Made by a program: the position numbers and the translations under genes. Positions 1-9,032 of a stretch of DNA of 64,000 bases are shown here, in pieces. Origin of the DNA: a virus; IMG/VR virus record IMGVR_UViG_3300027686_001029; one strand, written 5' to 3'. Below the pieces are notes generated by a model. That model searched no databases and was not told where the DNA came from. It saw only the letters and a program-made list of their open reading frames with translations. The number at the start of each line of letters is the position of its first letter. The stretch's first letter is position 1.

Positions 1-12
1 GCCGAAGCGGGC
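1..12 (-). terminator. Probable intrinsic terminator hairpin (cUUCGg loop), truncated by the window edge
   Basis: Minus strand reads GCCCGC-TTCG-GC just downstream of the hc1-like stop; the rest of the stem lies outside the window. Confidence 0.5.
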
Positions 13-29
13 TTTGATTTAATGGTACC

Positions 30-200
30 TTACTTGCTTTCCTCAACTGAAGCCTTTCTGTAGTCTGTAATCAATTTCTTGATTTCACCTGCAGCTTTTC
101 TAGCTCTTTGTTGTGAAGCTTTAGTAGAACCTTCATTGTTCTCAGCTAAAGTGTTAAAATTAGCTTCGATTTGATCAAATAATTCTTGTTTACTTGCCAT
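30..200 (-). CDS. Histone H1-like (Hc1-type) small basic protein, 56 aa, not in ORF track
   Basis: Hand translation MASKQELFDQIEANFNTLAENNEGSTKASQQRARKAAGEIKKLITDYRKASVEESK; the RARKA..E..K....YRK.S pattern resembles Bacteroidota Hc1-family proteins. Confidence 0.75.
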   Translation of the reverse strand: MASKQELFDQIEANFNTLAENNEGSTKASQQRARKAAGEIKKLITDYRKASVEESK

Positions 201-220
201 AGTTATTATATTTAATTTAA

Positions 221-1879
221 TTAACCTAGCAACATATTTGGATCTACTCCTCCTACATTACCCTTATTGTCGTCTTCTTTATTAATTGATACCACCGCTT
301 CTGTAATTAGCATAGTGCTAGCTACTGATGCAGCATTTTCCAAGGCAAGACGTGTAACCTTTGTTGGATCAATAATTCCTGTTATATCATCCATATTGTA
401 GAAAGTATCAGTACGTGAGTTATACCCGTACCAGAAATCTCCGTTAGTAATTAACTCTTCTTCAATATCTCCGATTTTATTTTCCGATAATCCTCCGTTA
501 GTAAGTATCTTAGTAAAAGGTGACTCACATGCAGCAATTACTATTTCTACTCCTGCTTTTTCATGTAAGTTATATTCACTATCATCATCTGTTAATATAC
601 CCACAAGTTGTTTAGAGGCTTTTAGCAAAGCTACTCCACCTCCTGGTAGTATACCTTCTTCTAAAGCTGCTTGAGTAGCATGTAGAGCATCATCCACTCT
701 ATCTTTTTTCTCTTTCATTTCAACTTCAGTATGCCCTCCAACGTATACAATAGCTATCCCTCCTATAAATTTAGCTAACCTACTTTGTAAGTTTTCTTTT
801 TCATAAGGGGAAGTAGATTTATCGATTGCATTTTTAATTTCCTCCATTCGTTTCTGAATGTCTTCTTCGTTTCCTTTAGCATCGATAATAGTCGTATTAT
901 CCTTCCCTACTGTCACTTTATGTGCAGTACCTAACCATTTAGTATCGAATTTATCTAATCTTTGACCTTTTTCAGATGATACTACTTGACCTCCTGTTAA
1001 GGTAGCGATATCCTGTAGAATAGCTTTCTTACGATCACCAAAGTCAGGTGCTTTAACTGCTACTACCGGTAAGATACCTCTCATTTTATTTACTACCATA
1101 GTAGACAATGCCTCTCCGTCAATATCGTCAGCTATTATAACTAATGACTTGTTCTGTTGAGAAACACCTTCTAAGATAGGTAAAAGCTCTTTAATATTAG
1201 TTAAACGTTTATCCGTAATTAAGATTAAAGGTTCATCTAGTACTGCTGTCATAGTATTATTGTCGGTGACAAAATATGGAGATTTATAACCTCTATCAAA
1301 TTGCATTCCTTCAACAGTCTCTAAATAAGTTTCACCTGTTCTTGATTCTTCAATAGTAACTACTCCATCTCTTCCGACTTTATCAATTGCGGTTGCAATC
1401 AAAGTACCTACTTCTTCATCATTATTAGATGAAATTGTAGCAACTTGTTTAATTAAAGCTTCATCTGTAATATCTTTAGAGTTTTCAATTAGGTAATCAG
1501 TAACTACATTTACAGCTTTACTGATTCCTTTTTTAATATCTACAGCATTTGCACCATCGTACATCCTACTCATTCCATCATTTAATATTGTCTGAGCTAA
1601 TAAGGTAGATGTCGTAGTTCCATCTCCAGCTTGTTCTGCTGTTTTAATGGAAGCTTGTTTAACTATCTGTGCTCCAATATTCTCTTGTGGATCTGTTAAT
1701 TCAATTGACTTTGCTACTGTAACTCCGTCTTTAGTAGATACTGGGTTACCTTGTGCTTGTTCGATAATTACATTACGGCCAGATGGTCCTAATGTTGACG
1801 TTACTGCGTTTGCAAGTGCATCAACTCCTTGAGCTAATTTCTGTCTTGCATCATTTGAAAAAATAATTGATTTACTCAT
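221..1879 (-). CDS. groL: Chaperonin GroEL
   Basis: TLGPSGRNV, TKDGVTVAK, GDGTTT, EGMQFDRGY, GGGVALL, IIDPTKVTR motifs. Confidence 0.98.
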   Translation of the reverse strand: MSKSIIFSNDARQKLAQGVDALANAVTSTLGPSGRNVIIEQAQGNPVSTKDGVTVAKSIELTDPQENIGAQIVKQASIKTAEQAGDGTTTSTLLAQTILNDGMSRMYDGANAVDIKKGISKAVNVVTDYLIENSKDITDEALIKQVATISSNNDEEVGTLIATAIDKVGRDGVVTIEESRTGETYLETVEGMQFDRGYKSPYFVTDNNTMTAVLDEPLILITDKRLTNIKELLPILEGVSQQNKSLVIIADDIDGEALSTMVVNKMRGILPVVAVKAPDFGDRKKAILQDIATLTGGQVVSSEKGQRLDKFDTKWLGTAHKVTVGKDNTTIIDAKGNEEDIQKRMEEIKNAIDKSTSPYEKENLQSRLAKFIGGIAIVYVGGHTEVEMKEKKDRVDDALHATQAALEEGILPGGGVALLKASKQLVGILTDDDSEYNLHEKAGVEIVIAACESPFTKILTNGGLSENKIGDIEEELITNGDFWYGYNSRTDTFYNMDDITGIIDPTKVTRLALENAASVASTMLITEAVVSINKEDDNKGNVGGVDPNMLLG

Positions 1880-2189
1880 CTTTGCTTTCTTTTATAACTG
1901 CTAAAATCTCTCTATCTTGTGCTATGTAGTACTCTTCTCCTTCAAAGTCTATTCGTAAAGTACCTAGTTTTGGGACTAATACAATATCTCCTGGTTTACA
2001 AGAACGTACTAAAATAAGTTTAGAAGGATCTAATTCTGATTGTCGGCCTGAACCGATAGCTAAAACTTCTCCCATTTCTGGTTTTTCTTTTCCCATATCG
2101 GGAATAACTATAGACCCGTAAGTCTGTTCCCCTTCATCAATCGGCTTTATTAGTATCCGATCATTTGTAGGCTGTAACTGTTTTGACAT
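1872..2189 (-). CDS. groS: Co-chaperonin GroES
   Basis: LQPTNDRILI, mobile loop GSIVIPD, GEVLAIG, PGDIV; directly upstream of groEL. Confidence 0.95.
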   Translation of the reverse strand: MSKQLQPTNDRILIKPIDEGEQTYGSIVIPDMGKEKPEMGEVLAIGSGRQSELDPSKLILVRSCKPGDIVLVPKLGTLRIDFEGEEYYIAQDREILAVIKESKDE

Positions 2190-2210
2190 ATGTAACGTTT
2201 TTATTTATTA

Positions 2211-2241
2211 TTAATATACGATTATTATATATAAGAGCAAA
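2211..2241 (-). promoter_or_regulatory. Bacteroidota-type sigma-A promoter upstream of groES
   Basis: Minus strand TTTG-N19-TATATTAA. Confidence 0.65.
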
Positions 2242-2760
2242 CCCTAGAGCGGGTTAATTTAGCTAATTTTTAAAGTTTTTGATTCTTTTCCTTTAGCATA
2301 AGGTATTGAAACTTGCAATAAGCCGTTTTTAAACTCAGCTTTTGCTTTTTGTAGGTCAAATCTGCTATCAATCTTCCAACCTAAATTAAAAGATCTTTTA
2401 GCGATTCCTCTATAAATGTATTCCGTCTGTGAACAATCACAGTCTGGTTCACATTGGCAATCGTCTTTTGTTTTGTTATAATTGATTTTAATAATATTAC
2501 CCTCAATTAAGATTTCGATTTCTTCTTTTGGAATACCGGTACAGGCTATATCTAAGCCAAGGCCGTCTTCTACTTCGTAAATATCTACTGGGTGGGGTAA
2601 TTTTGACTCTTCTAACGTTTGATAGTTTTGAGTCTTTTGCAAAAAATTGCGGACTAAAATGTCGAACGGATTACGTTCTTGAAAAATATTACTCATATTG
2701 ATGTAGTTTTGTGGAGTCCTAAGATCTCCGGTTAAAATAAAATAAAAATTGCTCTAGGGT
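2241..2760. repeat. 10-bp perfect inverted repeat flanking hsp20 (2241-2250 and 2751-2760)
   Basis: accctagagc at 2241 is the reverse complement of gctctagggt at 2751. Confidence 0.6.
2259..2696 (-). CDS. Small heat shock protein (Hsp20/alpha-crystallin family)
   Basis: PVDIYE, YIYRGIAKRSF, AEFKNGLLQVSIP motifs. Confidence 0.93.
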   Translation of the reverse strand: MSNIFQERNPFDILVRNFLQKTQNYQTLEESKLPHPVDIYEVEDGLGLDIACTGIPKEEIEILIEGNIIKINYNKTKDDCQCEPDCDCSQTEYIYRGIAKRSFNLGWKIDSRFDLQKAKAEFKNGLLQVSIPYAKGKESKTLKIS

Positions 2761-2787
2761 CTATTCTTATTTAATATAAATAGCAGT

Positions 2788-3003
2788 TTATTTGCATTTA
2801 GTAATAAATTCTAAGTAAGGAACATCTACGTTTTGTACGTTAACGCTCATTAGCTTAGGTTTCCATGCAAGAGGATCGCTTTTATTGTCTAAAATGTTTT
2901 CTATAATTTGGAGACTACGTTCCGAAAAATCTTCTACGTACCCTACTCTCTTTGATCTCCAATCTCCTTTTTTTTGTTTTTTCATAATTCTATTAATGTC
3001 CAT
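2788..3003 (-). CDS. Hypothetical protein
   Basis: ORF overlapping the polA stop, same strand as neighbours. Confidence 0.55.
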   Translation of the reverse strand: MDINRIMKKQKKGDWRSKRVGYVEDFSERSLQIIENILDNKSDPLAWKPKLMSVNVQNVDVPYLEFITKCK

Positions 3004-5395
3004 CTCTCCAATTATTAGAAATCTCTGGAGGTGCTTTTAAAGTTACTCCTGGTAGATGTGTAGTATTCTCCATAATCTCCTGTACTACTGGGGCAAACAT
3101 CTCTACATCTTTAGCATCACAGTTAATAATAAGTTGATCATGAACTTGTGCCTGTACTTTAGCATCTATTCCTAATTCTTTAGCCTTTAAGTTAACTTTT
3201 AATGCTGCTCTATTTACTACTGCTGCAGCAAGGGATTGTAATTGAAAGTTTAAACAGTTATTAAGTCCGTTACGGTAGTCTCTATAAGCTTGAGTTACTT
3301 GGTCTCTAGGAGAAGTAATCTTACCAGTTTTCATATCAGTTTTAACAGGTATCTGCATCTCTAAATCTTTTCTAAATCTCCAATCCATTAATCTATCACC
3401 TAATTTCTCATGAAGCCTCTTTACTTTAGGTAAATGACGTATCCTTCCTAAAAAGTTTTGAATACTACCGTGCTCTTTAACTTGTATTCTAGAGTTTTCT
3501 CTCCATTTAGCTAATCCTGGAAATCCGTCTAAGTATCCTTTAATTAGTCCTTCTGCAGTCTTTTGATCAACTCCTAAAGTCATCTTTAATGCATATGCTT
3601 CCATACCGTAAGCTACTCCTAGTGAATAAGCTTTTGCTTTATTACGAGCTAGTACATCTAACTTTTTTAAGTAGTTATCAGCTTTTTTATCAGCAGATAC
3701 ACCATTAGGAAATCTATCTGTCTGCTCATTCATCTTTTCAGTTTGAATAGCAACGTAAGAGTAGAAATCCCAACCATTAGCAAATATCTCTTGAAGTTTT
3801 TCATCTCCTGAAACTGATGCAAAGCAATGAGGTTCTAAAGATTCATAATCTGCATCAATAACCTTCCTACCTTCTCCAGCTATTAAGAAAGCTCTTACAA
3901 TATTTACATACTTCATAATAATAGGAGCATCTTCACCTTCTTCTAAAGGTTTAGGTAACTGTTGAGCATCTGATCCGTATCGACCAGATACAGTCCCGTT
4001 TTGCTTAAAGTAGAAATAGTATTTACCGTCTTCCTGACGGTCTCTAAACCTGTCTACGTAAGTAGATTTGATCTTAAGTAACTTATTATATATACGTAAG
4101 TTCTCAGCCCAGGTATAGTCTTTAGCTAGGGTCTCTACCATACTCATATCAAACTTATCCCTACCGGATTTAGTATTAGCTCCTGCAGTAATAGGTTTTA
4201 CTCCCATGTACTTAAAGACTATTTCACCTAAGTGCTTTTTAGATTGAATATTAATATACTCTCCATTATTTGATTCTTTCCATAGAGCCATTGAAATACG
4301 GTAACGTTCTACCTCTTCTATTAATTCTTCATTACCGGTCAATAGAAACTCTTTTACTACTCTTTCTTTATCCGTAGAAGGTTCAAAAGCTTCTATATTT
4401 TTTTGAGTCAGAGAGTATTTACCAGTTTTATCTGATTTAGGTAAAGGTATAGAGTATCTTTGAATAAGGCTCTGAGCCCAATTACCTTTATGGGATACAG
4501 GGTATGCATTGAGAGCTGTTCCCATCACCCATGTTTGAGCTTCGTCAGTATCTAATAAAGATTTCATTACTATCTCTTTATTAATTTTTAAATCTTCAGA
4601 TATAGTTTTATGAGTTTCTTCAATTAAGTCCATATCTAATTCAACACCGTGTGCTTCCATAGGAACAGTTACTTCCCTATAAACAGGCATTACTTCATCT
4701 TCGAAGAAGAACTTTTCCAAGCCCTCATCTCTAAGCTTATCCAAATATAAATTACAAATACGAAGGGTAAGGTCAGTATCAGCAGCAGCATATTTTGAAA
4801 GTATATCCAAATCAGCTTTATATATTTGAAAGCTTTCTTTTGTAACGGATCCTCCATTTTTCTTTATGCTTTCTTTTAGTTCTACTTGTTCTTCATTAGC
4901 AGCTTTTTCAACATCAAGCCCTAATGCCTCTTGGTTCATAATAGCAATAGATTTTAGACCAAAAGGATTACCAAAACCAAATGCACCTTCTTCATAAACT
5001 GTATGAACAAGTAATCCTGTATCAACCCATACGTCTGGTAATAAATCTATACCGTAGTAATTACTGATAAACTGGACATCAAAAGAAGCATTATGAAATA
5101 CTAACTTCTTTCCTTTAAGTAACTTTAATAAGTTTTTAGAAATAACCTCAGTAGAGGTACCTTTAATTTCTTGGAGCATAAGCTCTTCTCTATGGTAATC
5201 CCATACTAGAGTAGGTAGGTAAAAACCTACTCCTTCATCTCCTGATACTGACCATCCTATAATTTTATCCTTACGAGGATTAAGACCAGTAGTCTCTGTA
5301 TCTACTGCAATTGTATCTGAGTCAAGGATATGTTGGTGAAGTAATTCTAACGTTTCACTATCTTGAACTGTGTAATACTTTTTCTCTAACTTCAT
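2993..5395 (-). CDS. polA: Family A DNA polymerase with 3'-5' exonuclease domain
   Basis: Exo motifs DTETTG, FHNASFD, YAAADT; TVSGRY; motif A ADYESLEPH, motif B KAKAYSLGVAYG, motif C QVHDQL. Confidence 0.95.
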   Translation of the reverse strand: MKLEKKYYTVQDSETLELLHQHILDSDTIAVDTETTGLNPRKDKIIGWSVSGDEGVGFYLPTLVWDYHREELMLQEIKGTSTEVISKNLLKLLKGKKLVFHNASFDVQFISNYYGIDLLPDVWVDTGLLVHTVYEEGAFGFGNPFGLKSIAIMNQEALGLDVEKAANEEQVELKESIKKNGGSVTKESFQIYKADLDILSKYAAADTDLTLRICNLYLDKLRDEGLEKFFFEDEVMPVYREVTVPMEAHGVELDMDLIEETHKTISEDLKINKEIVMKSLLDTDEAQTWVMGTALNAYPVSHKGNWAQSLIQRYSIPLPKSDKTGKYSLTQKNIEAFEPSTDKERVVKEFLLTGNEELIEEVERYRISMALWKESNNGEYINIQSKKHLGEIVFKYMGVKPITAGANTKSGRDKFDMSMVETLAKDYTWAENLRIYNKLLKIKSTYVDRFRDRQEDGKYYFYFKQNGTVSGRYGSDAQQLPKPLEEGEDAPIIMKYVNIVRAFLIAGEGRKVIDADYESLEPHCFASVSGDEKLQEIFANGWDFYSYVAIQTEKMNEQTDRFPNGVSADKKADNYLKKLDVLARNKAKAYSLGVAYGMEAYALKMTLGVDQKTAEGLIKGYLDGFPGLAKWRENSRIQVKEHGSIQNFLGRIRHLPKVKRLHEKLGDRLMDWRFRKDLEMQIPVKTDMKTGKITSPRDQVTQAYRDYRNGLNNCLNFQLQSLAAAVVNRAALKVNLKAKELGIDAKVQAQVHDQLIINCDAKDVEMFAPVVQEIMENTTHLPGVTLKAPPEISNNWRDGH

Positions 5396-5417
5396 ATATA
5401 ACCTTTATTTAATTTAG

Positions 5418-5490
5418 TTGCGCTGGAAGGATTCGAACCTTCGACCTCTAGGTTATGAGCCTAGCGAGCTGGCCACTGCTCTACAGCGCT
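5418..5490 (-). tRNA. tRNA-Met(CAT), initiator-like
   Basis: Cloverleaf AGCGCTG/CAGCGCA, D-stem GAGC/GCTC (A11:U24), anticodon loop CTCATAA, T-loop TTCGAAT; 1:72 mismatch; CCA not encoded. Confidence 0.92.
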
Positions 5491-5500
5491 ATATTATATC

Positions 5501-5531
5501 TAAATATAAGAATAATTTTTCAATTCTCCAA
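5501..5531 (-). promoter_or_regulatory. Bacteroidota-type sigma-A promoter upstream of the tRNA
   Basis: TTG-N20-TATATTTA. Confidence 0.7.
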
Positions 5532-6095
5532 CATTTCTTCAGGTAAATCTTTCTTATCAATTTTCGTTTCACACATAGTTTCTAATTGAGATATTACATG
5601 TCTCTTAGCTAATATATCTCCAGTATAAAAGGTATATATCATACTAAGTTTTTGAACTTCTATTTGTTTAGATAGACTTTTAATACTTCCCTCTAGTAGC
5701 TCTTCATCTTCCTCTTCAATATCAAACTTAACATCATTCAATCCAGCTAACTCTAATAATTCTAACATATCGTTAGATTCATATGCTTTTTTTGCAGATA
5801 AGAAATCTTCCTCTTTACCTCCTTTGTCAGGGTGTAATCTTTTTGATAGTTCTCTGAATAACTTTTTAACCTTATTATGTTTTTTAGATTTAGGGGTATT
5901 TTCAATCTCTTCTGGGTCTTTCAGTTCTCCAGTTTCAGTATTTATTAACATCTCTTTATCTTTGACAAAGTACTTTCCAAAACGTTTATTCCAATCTTCT
6001 AAATGACTTTCACATATATCGTTAATATCTTCAAGTTCCAATTTTAAATACTGGTGCTTTAATGAATACTTCTTTATATATCTAGATTTCGACAT
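5520..6095 (-). CDS. J-domain (DnaJ-like) protein
   Basis: KKLFRELSKRLHPDKGG, the HPD motif following a basic helix. Confidence 0.75.
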   Translation of the reverse strand: MSKSRYIKKYSLKHQYLKLELEDINDICESHLEDWNKRFGKYFVKDKEMLINTETGELKDPEEIENTPKSKKHNKVKKLFRELSKRLHPDKGGKEEDFLSAKKAYESNDMLELLELAGLNDVKFDIEEEDEELLEGSIKSLSKQIEVQKLSMIYTFYTGDILAKRHVISQLETMCETKIDKKDLPEEMLEN

Positions 6096-6364
6096 TAAAT
6101 TCCTTCCCCATAAAGGTCAAATAATTCAGGTTCTTTTTCTTCTACAATTTTTTCGTGTTCTATAATAGCATATAGTTTACCGTTGAGAGGTTCTAACCTA
6201 TAGTGCCCTTTAAATTTAGTTTTTCTCAAATATGCCGTTAATGCCGGAACTAATCCTTCAATAACAGTAGACTGGTCTCTTTCCAGAACCCAATTATCTC
6301 CAGGAGCTTTTCTTTTAGCGATTAATACGTTTTCTTCTTCTATAACTGTTTCTATATTGCTCAT
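6095..6364 (-). CDS. Hypothetical protein
   Basis: Tightly packed ORF in operon. Confidence 0.65.
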   Translation of the reverse strand: MSNIETVIEEENVLIAKRKAPGDNWVLERDQSTVIEGLVPALTAYLRKTKFKGHYRLEPLNGKLYAIIEHEKIVEEKEPELFDLYGEGI

Positions 6365-7185
6365 ACTACTGCTCTACCTTTTAATTCTAACCAATCCTTA
6401 TTCTCTCTTACTGTATCATTTAGTTCTAATACGCTTTCAAAAAAAATAGGGTCGATTCCTTTGCTTTTGTATAAATAGACTAAAGCGTTAAGATCTTTAG
6501 GTAAGCAATGTCCTCCAAAGCCTAACTCCCCATCAGGGCCTGGTACTGCTAGATGTGCTTTTCCAATACGTGGATCTAAAGTAGCATATTCAACAACTTT
6601 ATCGTAATCTAGATTTATAGCTTCACATAACCTGTATACTTCATTAGCAAAAGTAACTTTAGTTGCTAAAAAAGCATTAGTAAAGTACTTAACCATTTCA
6701 GCATGTGCTGCACCTGTTTTTACGATAGTAGCATTAGGAAATACTTTAACATATACTTGCTTAAGTAAAGTAGTAGAAGGTCTAGGACCTCCTAAAATAA
6801 CTCTAGTAGTATTTTTAAAGTCTTCTTCTGCTGATACTTCAGATAAAAATTCAGGATTAAATACGATACTCATATCTGAGTAAATTGAGTTTAATTCATC
6901 TGTGGTACCCGGTGGTACAGTAGACTTAATTACTATAGTTTCTCTATACCCCAAGAAATTAAGATCGTCTAATGCTTGTCTTAGTATATCGGTACTACAA
7001 GCTCCTGAAGATTCCATTGGGGTAGGTAAGCATAAAAATACTATTCCGCATTTTTGTACTATAATTTCTAAAGTAGAATTACACTTATCCTTATCTAGGT
7101 CATATGTAAATACTTCATAATAGCTTTTAAACTTTTTATAGATTGCATCACCTACAAAGCCTTGTCCTACAATTCCTATGTTCAT
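6361..7185 (-). CDS. ugd: UDP-glucose/GDP-mannose dehydrogenase family protein (short form)
   Basis: GIVGQGFVG Rossmann motif, IKSTVPPGTT, FNPEFL, AEMVKY, GFGGHCLPKD. Confidence 0.9.
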   Translation of the reverse strand: MNIGIVGQGFVGDAIYKKFKSYYEVFTYDLDKDKCNSTLEIIVQKCGIVFLCLPTPMESSGACSTDILRQALDDLNFLGYRETIVIKSTVPPGTTDELNSIYSDMSIVFNPEFLSEVSAEEDFKNTTRVILGGPRPSTTLLKQVYVKVFPNATIVKTGAAHAEMVKYFTNAFLATKVTFANEVYRLCEAINLDYDKVVEYATLDPRIGKAHLAVPGPDGELGFGGHCLPKDLNALVYLYKSKGIDPIFFESVLELNDTVRENKDWLELKGRAVV

Positions 7186-7188
7186 AAC

Positions 7189-8094
7189 TTATTGACGTAG
7201 AGTTTTTCTAATACAAAACATTGGGTTAGTAAAAAACTCTGGTATTAGCATTTGGTGGGTTGCTCTAATAGGGTTAATATCTATTCCTCCTCTGCGGGTA
7301 TACAGACAAGCAACCATTAATTGTTCTGGTTTGAATCTTTCTGTTAAGTGAGAATAAATCATTTCGCATATCTCTTCATGAAAGTGACTTACTGTTCTAT
7401 GACTAACTATGTATTTAGCAAGAGATTCTGCGGTAGGTACTTCATCTCCTTTGATAAAGATAAATATATCTCCCCAATCTGGTTGATCAGTTACTCTACA
7501 ATTAGAACGTAATAAATTTGATCGAACCTTAAGTTCTCGAGCATCAATAGAACCTTCTAACTGATTAGCATCTGATTTAAATGCTGTAAAATCGATTGCA
7601 TCTAAATTAGCTAATTCTCCAATTTCTTCGAATTCTTCAGAAAAAGACAAGGTTTCCATTTCAAAATCAGAAGAATAGAAACTAACTGTAGTTATAGTAT
7701 CAAGTAGTTCATCTAAATCTCTCTTTATTCTTGCTTCAATTCCTGCGATGCAGTCTGCTGCATTGTCACCTATCTTAGTCATATTAAATGAATTAAGATA
7801 AAGTTTAATCGATTTAGACTCAACGTGGTTTTCACTATCAGCCGGACATACTATTTTAACCATACCGGCAACAGGTTGACCTTTTGTAGTAATAGCAGAA
7901 ACTTCATAAGCATTCCATGTATCTACACCTACGAATTCCTTACCTGTTAATCCATATCCTTCTCGATTAAGATATCTTGGTATCTTAACTAAAAGTTCTG
8001 GAGAGTAAGTATCTTTATAACCTGCTCCGCCTACAGTTCCTAAATGTTTGGATGCAATATCCTTTACTTGTTCGTAATTTTTAACTTCTGACAT
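7189..8094 (-). CDS. queF: NADPH-dependent preQ0 reductase QueF (bimodular type)
   Basis: QueF motif ESKSIKLYL, RSNCRVTDQPDWG with catalytic Cys, FHEEICE, YTRRGGIDINP. Confidence 0.93.
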   Translation of the reverse strand: MSEVKNYEQVKDIASKHLGTVGGAGYKDTYSPELLVKIPRYLNREGYGLTGKEFVGVDTWNAYEVSAITTKGQPVAGMVKIVCPADSENHVESKSIKLYLNSFNMTKIGDNAADCIAGIEARIKRDLDELLDTITTVSFYSSDFEMETLSFSEEFEEIGELANLDAIDFTAFKSDANQLEGSIDARELKVRSNLLRSNCRVTDQPDWGDIFIFIKGDEVPTAESLAKYIVSHRTVSHFHEEICEMIYSHLTERFKPEQLMVACLYTRRGGIDINPIRATHQMLIPEFFTNPMFCIRKTLRQ

Positions 8095-8096
8095 AA

Positions 8097-8468
8097 TTAT
8101 CCTTTAAATATTTGTTTTTTACCACCTTCGTATTGATAAGCGTGGCCATTCTCTACCAGTAGTTTATTTAATGAGGTTTCTTCTCCGTCGATATCAATAA
8201 AAATCTCAGCAAGTATTCGACCGTACTTCCCTTTACCGTAAGATTGAATAACAAACTTACCATCATTCATCTCCATATATTTCTCAGTAAATTTAGAAGC
8301 TTCTATACCTTTAGCTTTCTCTTCTAAATTTCTAGTTCTCTTTTCCCAAGTATCAACTCCTTTAAATCTTAATCTGGCTCTAACCCAAGTATCAAATCCT
8401 AGATCGATCATTACATCTGCTGTATCACCATCAACTACTCTTAATAATTTTGCTCCGTATTTATACAT
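8097..8468 (-). CDS. Thermonuclease (SNase-like) family protein
   Basis: RVVDGDT, RLRFKGVDTWE, GKYGRILA, LVENGHA. Confidence 0.85.
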   Translation of the reverse strand: MYKYGAKLLRVVDGDTADVMIDLGFDTWVRARLRFKGVDTWEKRTRNLEEKAKGIEASKFTEKYMEMNDGKFVIQSYGKGKYGRILAEIFIDIDGEETSLNKLLVENGHAYQYEGGKKQIFKG

Positions 8469-8982
8469 TTATAAAATTTAATATTTGCTCTACTCTTTGC
8501 ATAGGAGAGCCAGTTATCGTCAAATAAGGTTGACGTACGTCTTCTAATACTGCTTTAAACTCTTCATCAATATCTACTCTCCACTTTTCATTTATACTTC
8601 TAACTCCATCATCTACAGAATCAAATTCTATAGGAAAATAAATATAATGAGTATACTCGTTTTTAATCCTATTCCAAGTAGCATCTATATATTTCCACGT
8701 CTCTTCTGATACGTTATCCATAAATCTTGTATATACTACAACATCCATAAAGCATCTATCGAGTACTTGATTATAAGGTTGTAATAAAGCTTCTAAATGA
8801 AAACAACTAATAGCTAATTGAGTAGCATCAGTTCCTTTTTCATTGATAGGAAAACCATAAGAACCTACCGTTCTAGTAGATTCGTTAACAAAGTCGTACT
8901 TTGGTAATTTATTCTTTAGTAATTCATACACAGTAGTCTTACCTGTACTACTAGCTCCTACTAACGCAATTCTCTTTGTCAT
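8461..8982 (-). CDS. P-loop nucleotide kinase-like protein (AAA_28/NadR-type)
   Basis: Walker A GASSTGKTT, LDRCFMD, DDGVRS. Confidence 0.75.
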   Translation of the reverse strand: MTKRIALVGASSTGKTTVYELLKNKLPKYDFVNESTRTVGSYGFPINEKGTDATQLAISCFHLEALLQPYNQVLDRCFMDVVVYTRFMDNVSEETWKYIDATWNRIKNEYTHYIYFPIEFDSVDDGVRSINEKWRVDIDEEFKAVLEDVRQPYLTITGSPMQRVEQILNFINV

Positions 8983-9000
8983 ACAACCTTTTTATTTAAT

Positions 9001-9032
9001 ACAATATACGAACTTTATTTTTTATTACCGAA
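9001..9032 (-). promoter_or_regulatory. Sigma-A-like promoter upstream of the kinase
   Basis: TTCG-N20-TATATTGT; the -33 element is imperfect. Confidence 0.5.
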
